NCBI GenBank assembly: GCA_044229075.1
Contig: JBGATS010000001.1
Span: 275-64,274, forward strand
Reading direction: 5' to 3'
DNA: 64,000 nucleotides
Source: Minisyncoccia bacterium
Lineage (GTDB): Bacteria; Patescibacteriota; Minisyncoccia; Phycocordibacterales; UBA1006
A program made the position numbers and the translations under genes. Below, piece by piece: positions 58,072 to 64,000 of the stretch. The notes under the pieces were generated by a model that was given only the letters and a program-made list of their open reading frames with translations, made no database searches and was not told where the DNA came from. Each line of letters begins with the position of its first letter. Within the stretch, counting starts at the first letter, position 1.

Positions 58072-59242
58072 TCAACCACAAAAAAATATTTCTTCAGATT
58101 GGCAACAAGTAAAGCTTGGTGCGGTTTGTGATATTTCAGCTGGCGGTACACCATCTACTGACATTTTAGAATATTGGGAAAATGGAAGTATTCCTTGGGC
58201 AAATTCTGCAGAGATAAATAAAAGAGATATTTATAAAACTAATAATTTTATTACACAAAGTGGTTTAGATAATTCATCTGCAAAAATTGTCCCAGAAAAT
58301 AGTGTTTTAATTGCACTTGCAGGACAGGGTTCCACTCGTGGTAAGGTTGCAGTTAATAAAATACCTTTATCAACAAATCAGTCTCTTGCTTTTTTTGTGC
58401 CTAAAAAAGATGTTGATTACCGATTTTTAAGATCAGTTCTTGAAATGAGATATCAAGAATTAAGATCTATTTCTACAGGTGATGGCGGTCGCGGTGGTTT
58501 AAATTTACAAATATTAAAATCACTAAAGATAAAACTCCCACCTCTCCCTGAACAAAACCGGATAGTTTCAGTCCTTGAAACTTGGGATAAATCTATTGAG
58601 AAACTCGCACGGAAAATTGAAGTAAAAAAACAAATCAAGAAAGCTTTGATGGATCAATATGTCTACAAAAGGAAAGATTCAACTGAGTATTTTATTGATA
58701 GTTTATTCGAACTCGGAAGGGGGCGTGTTATCGCTAGGGGTGAGATAGAAAATAATCCCGGTATATATCCTGTTTATTCTTCTCAGACATCAAATAGTGG
58801 AATATTCGGGAACATTTCTACATATGATTTTGAGGGTGAATATCTTACTTGGACAACTGACGGTGCTAATGCTGGGAGGGTTTTTTACAGAACTGGAAAG
58901 TTTAATTGTACGAATGTCTGTGGTACAGCAAAACTGAAAAAAGATTTAAAGGTTAATTTATATTTTGTCTATTCATATTTGAACTACATAACAAAGAATT
59001 ATGTTTCTTATGTTGGTAACCCCAAACTGATGAACGGTGTTTTTGGGAAAATTCAAATCAAACTACCAGATATCGAAGAGCAGGATAAAATTAGTAAAAT
59101 TTTAATTGTCTCAGACAAAGAAATAACCGAACTCGAAAAGAAATTATCCATTATCAGAGAACAGAAACGTTATCTCCTCAACAATTTAATCACTGGCACA
59201 ATTCGTACACCAGATACATTATCAACCAATAAACTCATATAA
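58061..59242 (+). CDS. hsdS: Type I R-M specificity subunit S
   Basis: Two TRDs; GGTPS, PPLPEQNRI, LPDIEEQDKI conserved helices. Confidence 0.95.
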   Translation: MKTNQPQKNISSDWQQVKLGAVCDISAGGTPSTDILEYWENGSIPWANSAEINKRDIYKTNNFITQSGLDNSSAKIVPENSVLIALAGQGSTRGKVAVNKIPLSTNQSLAFFVPKKDVDYRFLRSVLEMRYQELRSISTGDGGRGGLNLQILKSLKIKLPPLPEQNRIVSVLETWDKSIEKLARKIEVKKQIKKALMDQYVYKRKDSTEYFIDSLFELGRGRVIARGEIENNPGIYPVYSSQTSNSGIFGNISTYDFEGEYLTWTTDGANAGRVFYRTGKFNCTNVCGTAKLKKDLKVNLYFVYSYLNYITKNYVSYVGNPKLMNGVFGKIQIKLPDIEEQDKISKILIVSDKEITELEKKLSIIREQKRYLLNNLITGTIRTPDTLSTNKLI

Positions 59243-59246
59243 ATAT

Positions 59247-62200
59247 ATGTTAGAAAAAGTAAATTTTGATGAAGCACGACAGTCACAGCTCCCATTCATA
59301 GAGCTTCTCTTGAACATGGGCTATACATATATTCCTGCAGAGGAAGCACTACGACAACGCGGTGGTGATACTTCTAATTTCATTCTCGCTGACATAGCGA
59401 CTGAAAAGTTGATGGAAATAAATGGTTATGAGGTTGGTGGGACTGAATACAAATTCAGTGAGAAAGACGTACGAGATGCTATCGATGAATTAGAGCATAT
59501 CCAATATGAAGGACTCATTGATACTGCACAAAAGATCTACAACACCATCATGCCAACAAGCGGCGGTAAGACTGTTAAGGTAAATCATGGCGGTAAAAAA
59601 GTATCAAAGAATTTCAAATTCATTGATTTTGAAAACCCAAAAAATAATTCATTCCACGTAACTGCTGAGTTCGTCGCTAGTGGTAAGCAAAATATTCGTC
59701 CAGATATTGTATGTTTTGTGAATGGTATTCCTTTCGTAGTTATTGAAAACAAGAAGTCAGGTGTTGCTGTTGTAGAAGCACTTAACCAGATGAACCGCAA
59801 TCAAGGTCCTGAGTATTGTCCAAAACTATATACCTACACACAGCTTCTTGTTGGTACAAATGGTAAAGATTTACAATACGGCACAACTGGTACACCAAAC
59901 AAGTTCTATGCTGTGTGGAAAGAGAAAGGCACAGACGAAGACGTATTGAATGGAGAAATATCTAAACTCATACAAAAAGAAATAGATGCTACTACTTACT
60001 CGGAAATTTTACAGGATCTCAACGGATACACAGATGGTCACAAACAAAGAACAGACCGCCTTCCTACTGAACAAGACCGAGGAGTGTTTTCACTTTTTGA
60101 ACCTGTGAGACTTCTTGATCTTACAAAGAACTATATTCTCTTTGATGCAGGAGTAAAGAAACTTTCTCGCTATCAACAATACTTTGCTATCCATAAAATG
60201 CTCAAGCGTGTTGAAGAGGAAGAAACTACCGAACAAGGTATCACTCGCCGAAAGGGTGGGCTTGTTTGGCATACGCAAGGATCTGGTAAATCACTAACGA
60301 TGGTGATGTTTGTTAAGGCTCTCATTGAAGATCCTCATATCCTTAACCCTCGTGTGATTATTGTTACTGACCGTCGAGATTTGGATAAACAAATCAAAGA
60401 CACATTCAAGAACTGTAACCTAAAAAAGGAAGTTATTCAGGCTACAAGTGGTCAAAACCTCATTGATCTTATTAAAGAGAAAAATCTAGCAGTTATTACT
60501 ACTCTGGTACAAAAGTTTGAATCAGCTGCAAAAAAGAGTGCTGGGTTTGTTGATACTGATGAAAATATTTTCGTACTTATCGACGAAGCTCACCGAAGTC
60601 AGAATGGTGTCGCCAACTTTGAAATGGGTCGCATTATTCCGAATGCATCTTATATCGGATTCACAGGTACTCCACTCATGAAGGATGAGAAAGAAAGTTG
60701 GAGAAAGTTTGGAGGATATATCGATAAATATACTATTGATGACGCTTTAGCCGACAACATAATCCTGCCTCTTATCTATGAAGGTCGCTATGTTGATCTT
60801 ATTCAAAATGCTGAGCAAATCGATCGTCATGTTGAGCGTATCACTGAAGGTTTGAACGAAAAACAAAAAAAAGAATTACAACGTTATATTGGAAGTAAGA
60901 TCATTAAAGACAATCCTCAGCGTATTGTTGAGATTGCGTATGATATTGAAAAACACTTCATGTCTAACTTCCAAGACACAGGGCTTAAGGCACAAATTGT
61001 TGCCCCATCAAAATACTCTGCTATTTTATTCCAGAAGTTTTTTGAAACACGAGGGAAAATAAGAACTGCCGTCATTATCTCTGATGAGCATGAGGATGGT
61101 GATGAAGAAAACCTTCATAAAAAAGAAGTGGTTGCTTACCTAGAAGGTGTCCGAAAAAACCATAGTAGCGTCGATAAGTATGAGAAAGATGTTGTTGAAA
61201 GTTTCAAGTATAACGATGATGGAATCGAAGTCATCATTGTTTGTGACAAACTACTCACGGGTTTTGATGCACCTAGAAATACCGTCCTATATCTTGCTAA
61301 AGACTTACGCGATCATAATCTTTTGCAGGCTATCGCTCGTGTAAACCGTTTGTTTGAGAATAAGAAAGAAAAACCAAAGACTGCTGGCTACATAATGGAC
61401 TACTCAGAGAATGCTAAGAATATCGATACTGCGATGAAGCTCTTTGGTAACTATGATGAGAATGATGTAAAAGGCACTCTTATTGATGTTGCAGAAAAGA
61501 TTCAAGAACTTGAGCAAAGTTATTCTCTTGTTCACGATATTTTTAAGGAAGTCAAAGGATCATCTGATGATGAGGTATATTTACAGTTCCTTTCTGATCA
61601 ACCAAAGCGAGAAACGTTCTACAAAACCCTCAATGCTTTCATTAAGAATCTAAGTGAATGTTTTGTATTGCAGGACTTTGTTCATGAGTTCAAACATCTT
61701 GATTTGTACAAGCGTGAACTCAAGAAATTTGCTGAACTTCGTAAGGCAGCTAGTTTGCAATATGCAGACCGTGTTGATCTATTAGAATACAAACAATCAC
61801 TTGTTAATATTCTCGATAAATATGTTGATGCTCGTGGAGTTGAACTTCTTACAAAACAAGTAAACATTACCGACCGAAAACTTTTTGAGGAAGCTGTCGA
61901 GAATCTCGGATCTGATAAATCAAAAGCTGAAGCTATCGCTGCACAAACTCAAAAAACTATCACTGAAAAACTTGATACTGATCCTGAGTTTTACGAAAAG
62001 TTTTCTAAAAAGATTTCTGAGATTCTTGAAAAAATGAGGCTCGGTAAGCTTGCCGATGTTGAAGCATTAAAACAAATGAAGTTAATTCGAGATGATGTTG
62101 TAAATAAGAAAGATGAAAGCCTTCCAGGAAAAATTGACTCACAAAAAGGATCGGATGTCTTTTATCGTAACTTACGAACACAATTCGATAGTCTAAAACT

Positions 62201-62438
62201 TAACGAAGAAGTATATATATCTATCATTCTTGATATCTTTACTATCATAAAAAATGAAGCAATTGTGGATTGGTATAAGAATATGGATGTTAAGCGTAAG
62301 ATGCGAAATAGTATAGACGATTATCTTTATGATGTTGTTAAAGGTGAAAAAGGTCTCGAAATAGATAATGATCAGATAAAAAGTATTATTGATAGTGTGA
62401 TGGTATTAGCAGAGAATAACTTTGATTTATTTATCTAA
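59247..62438 (+). CDS. hsdR: Type I R-M restriction subunit R
   Basis: RPDIV.FVNGIP...IENK, HTQGSGKS, DEAHRSQ, FTGTP, LLTGFDAP, QAIARVNR. Confidence 0.97.
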   Translation: MLEKVNFDEARQSQLPFIELLLNMGYTYIPAEEALRQRGGDTSNFILADIATEKLMEINGYEVGGTEYKFSEKDVRDAIDELEHIQYEGLIDTAQKIYNTIMPTSGGKTVKVNHGGKKVSKNFKFIDFENPKNNSFHVTAEFVASGKQNIRPDIVCFVNGIPFVVIENKKSGVAVVEALNQMNRNQGPEYCPKLYTYTQLLVGTNGKDLQYGTTGTPNKFYAVWKEKGTDEDVLNGEISKLIQKEIDATTYSEILQDLNGYTDGHKQRTDRLPTEQDRGVFSLFEPVRLLDLTKNYILFDAGVKKLSRYQQYFAIHKMLKRVEEEETTEQGITRRKGGLVWHTQGSGKSLTMVMFVKALIEDPHILNPRVIIVTDRRDLDKQIKDTFKNCNLKKEVIQATSGQNLIDLIKEKNLAVITTLVQKFESAAKKSAGFVDTDENIFVLIDEAHRSQNGVANFEMGRIIPNASYIGFTGTPLMKDEKESWRKFGGYIDKYTIDDALADNIILPLIYEGRYVDLIQNAEQIDRHVERITEGLNEKQKKELQRYIGSKIIKDNPQRIVEIAYDIEKHFMSNFQDTGLKAQIVAPSKYSAILFQKFFETRGKIRTAVIISDEHEDGDEENLHKKEVVAYLEGVRKNHSSVDKYEKDVVESFKYNDDGIEVIIVCDKLLTGFDAPRNTVLYLAKDLRDHNLLQAIARVNRLFENKKEKPKTAGYIMDYSENAKNIDTAMKLFGNYDENDVKGTLIDVAEKIQELEQSYSLVHDIFKEVKGSSDDEVYLQFLSDQPKRETFYKTLNAFIKNLSECFVLQDFVHEFKHLDLYKRELKKFAELRKAASLQYADRVDLLEYKQSLVNILDKYVDARGVELLTKQVNITDRKLFEEAVENLGSDKSKAEAIAAQTQKTITEKLDTDPEFYEKFSKKISEILEKMRLGKLADVEALKQMKLIRDDVVNKKDESLPGKIDSQKGSDVFYRNLRTQFDSLKLNEEVYISIILDIFTIIKNEAIVDWYKNMDVKRKMRNSIDDYLYDVVKGEKGLEIDNDQIKSIIDSVMVLAENNFDLFI

Positions 62439-62443
62439 ATTAT

Positions 62444-63151
62444 ATGAAAGAATTCATATTTGGAACATTTGTATATGAATATCAACTTATAAAACAAGAT
62501 CGTAAAACACTGTCTCTCACTGTCACGCCAGACTTACGTATTGTTCTTAAGTGTCCAGTACAAACTGATAATGAAAGAATAGAAACTTTTTTACAGAAAA
62601 AGTGGTTCTGGTTGGAAAAACAACTTTCGTTCTTTAAAAAATATCAACGGAAGATTTATGAGAAAGAATATATTTCAGGAGAAGGATATTTATATCTTGG
62701 TAGGCAATACAAACTAATTGTACGACGCGGGAAAGAAGATCTTGTTTCATTAACAAGAGGACTTTTAACGATTTACACCACAAAAGAGGTCTCAAATAGT
62801 CACCATAATAAAAAACTTATAGACTCCTGGTTCGAAGCAAAAACAGAAAGTGTTTTCCAGGATAGATTTAGGGAAATGTTAGGTAAGTTCGAATACAAAA
62901 ATACACCTATTCTTGCTATTCGAGAAATGAAAAAGCGTTGGGGTAGTTTTCTTAATAAGGATAAAATATTACTTAATCCAAAACTTATTCATACACCAAA
63001 AGAATGCATTGATTATGTTATTGTTCATGAACTATGTCACCTAAAGTATAAAAATCATAACTCCAATTTTTGGAAACTTTTAGAAGAGAAACACCCTAGG
63101 TGGGAAAAGGTTAAAGATAAACTTGAAACTATTGGTGCCAGCACCTGTTAA
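62444..63151 (+). CDS. YgjP/M48-like metalloprotein (DUF45)
   Basis: RKTL, YLGR.Y, RWGS, DYVIVHELCH..H...FW. Confidence 0.9.
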   Translation: MKEFIFGTFVYEYQLIKQDRKTLSLTVTPDLRIVLKCPVQTDNERIETFLQKKWFWLEKQLSFFKKYQRKIYEKEYISGEGYLYLGRQYKLIVRRGKEDLVSLTRGLLTIYTTKEVSNSHHNKKLIDSWFEAKTESVFQDRFREMLGKFEYKNTPILAIREMKKRWGSFLNKDKILLNPKLIHTPKECIDYVIVHELCHLKYKNHNSNFWKLLEEKHPRWEKVKDKLETIGASTC

Positions 63152-63249
63152 AACTGTTGGTAAATTCACTACACAACGTCTTAAAGTTAAGCTAAAGTAC
63201 CCAAGTACCTCCTTTTGAGGTATAATATCTTCGACATCTGAATAAAGTC

Positions 63250-63448
63250 GACCTAACCCCTAAAAAACCTTGTTTTCTAGGGTATGGCGCAAATCCGCTA
63301 AAGTGTAAAAACCTCCTCGTCTGGAGTCACTTTAGTGGTCATGTCTGGAAACGGATATGGGTAGAGTAATCTACCATAACAGGCGGGGAGATTTTTGCTA
63401 TCTCCGATCTGTTTTTATCATAAAGCAAAACAAAACCGCTAAAGTTTT
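63250..63448 (+). ncRNA. Unidentified structured leader RNA, copy 2
   Basis: Homologous to 41931-42104; TATAAT at about 63221 upstream. Confidence 0.75.
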
Positions 63449-63838
63449 ATGAATAAATATTTAACCTATATTATAGGTATTTCCTGTATAGTTATTACAG
63501 GAGCAGTAGCATATTATTTCTTTTCATATTTGCCTAGTAAAAATGCATTACTCGGACAGAAAGAATGTCGAAATATGGCACTCAATAAATTTGAAAAAGA
63601 TCAGTCTGGCACTTCAGAACCTGAGTTTGTTTTTGATGAGAAAGGAAGATGTTTGTACAAGTTGGTAGAAGTTCATTCTTCTGAAGGCATATCAGTTATA
63701 ATGTTTTACATAATTGATTTGTACACTAACCAACAAGTTGCTGGATATACCGAAACTTACAAAGATGGAAACAAAACAACATTAGGCAATCAGTCTATTT
63801 TTGATTCTATAGATAAGAAATATTTTAAAGAGCAATAA
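63449..63838 (+). CDS. Membrane-anchored hypothetical protein
   Basis: N-terminal TM, Cys pair; terminator at 63837-63862. Confidence 0.7.
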   Translation: MNKYLTYIIGISCIVITGAVAYYFFSYLPSKNALLGQKECRNMALNKFEKDQSGTSEPEFVFDEKGRCLYKLVEVHSSEGISVIMFYIIDLYTNQQVAGYTETYKDGNKTTLGNQSIFDSIDKKYFKEQ

Positions 63839-63865
63839 AACCACGCTTTGTGCGTGGTTTTATTG

Positions 63866-64000
63866 CTAGGCGTTTTCTGAATCCTGCTTCTTGTTCCTTT
63901 CGTTTATGATTTCTGAGAATTTTCCACTGCGGACCATCTCAACCAGATCCTCAACTTCTTCTGGTAGTATTTCACCATCACGTATTGCACTTTTAATGTC
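63866..64000 (-). CDS. 3' end of a CDS running off the window
   Basis: Open frame ..DIKSAIRDGEILPEEVEDLVEMVR..SENA* converging on the terminator. Confidence 0.5.
   Translation of the reverse strand, partial: DIKSAIRDGEILPEEVEDLVEMVRSGKFSEIINERNKKQDSENA

Larger units (their letters stand above)
53397..64000. mobile_element. Serine-recombinase defence island (right end outside window; left end may extend toward tRNA-Ser)
   Basis: Recombinase, type I R-M cluster and the same leader RNA as the tRNA-Leu element; att sites not identified. Confidence 0.6.

Noticed and set aside
4464-62000. Numerous short ORFs nested in or antisense to housekeeping genes
   Set aside because: Shadow ORFs with no motifs and no independent expression signals.
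1-64000. CRISPR array or cas genes
   Set aside because: No regularly spaced repeat-spacer array is visible; repeats occur as pairs or dispersed elements.

Overview
This 64 kb window looks like chromosome from a low-GC Patescibacteria (CPR, Parcubacteria-like) bacterium. That assignment is inferred from gene content and protein style, not from a marker search. The housekeeping backbone includes ftsK, recA, efp, ruvB, a split S10/spc ribosomal cluster with no rpmC at its usual position, folD, glyA, ileS, rplS, an RluA-family gene, yqgF, pilB- and pilM-like genes and four tRNAs. AT-rich single-gene ORFan cassettes with their own promoters and terminators are scattered through it. There are two large-serine-recombinase islands: a 3.6 kb element integrated at the tRNA-Leu 3' end, and a larger one beyond tRNA-Ser that carries a type I R-M system and runs off the right edge. 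Main candidates for undescribed biology: (1) a ~170-200 nt structured leader RNA found once in each island, with covarying helices, a GAAA tetraloop plus 11-nt-receptor-like helix, and a stem strand repeated just before the downstream ATG, suggesting a two-state switch; (2) an att site inside the recombinase gene, so excision would swap its C-terminus; (3) a family of ~200 bp structured elements behind three tRNAs, each duplicating and base-pairing with its own tRNA's 3' end. Also notable: an ultrashort-Stem-I Ile T-box separated from ileS by a dinD cassette, a histidine-phosphatase insertion in IleRS, a circularly permuted DsbA, a T9SS-sorting-domain protein and a poly-G promoter spacer. All calls were made by eye; no database searches were run.
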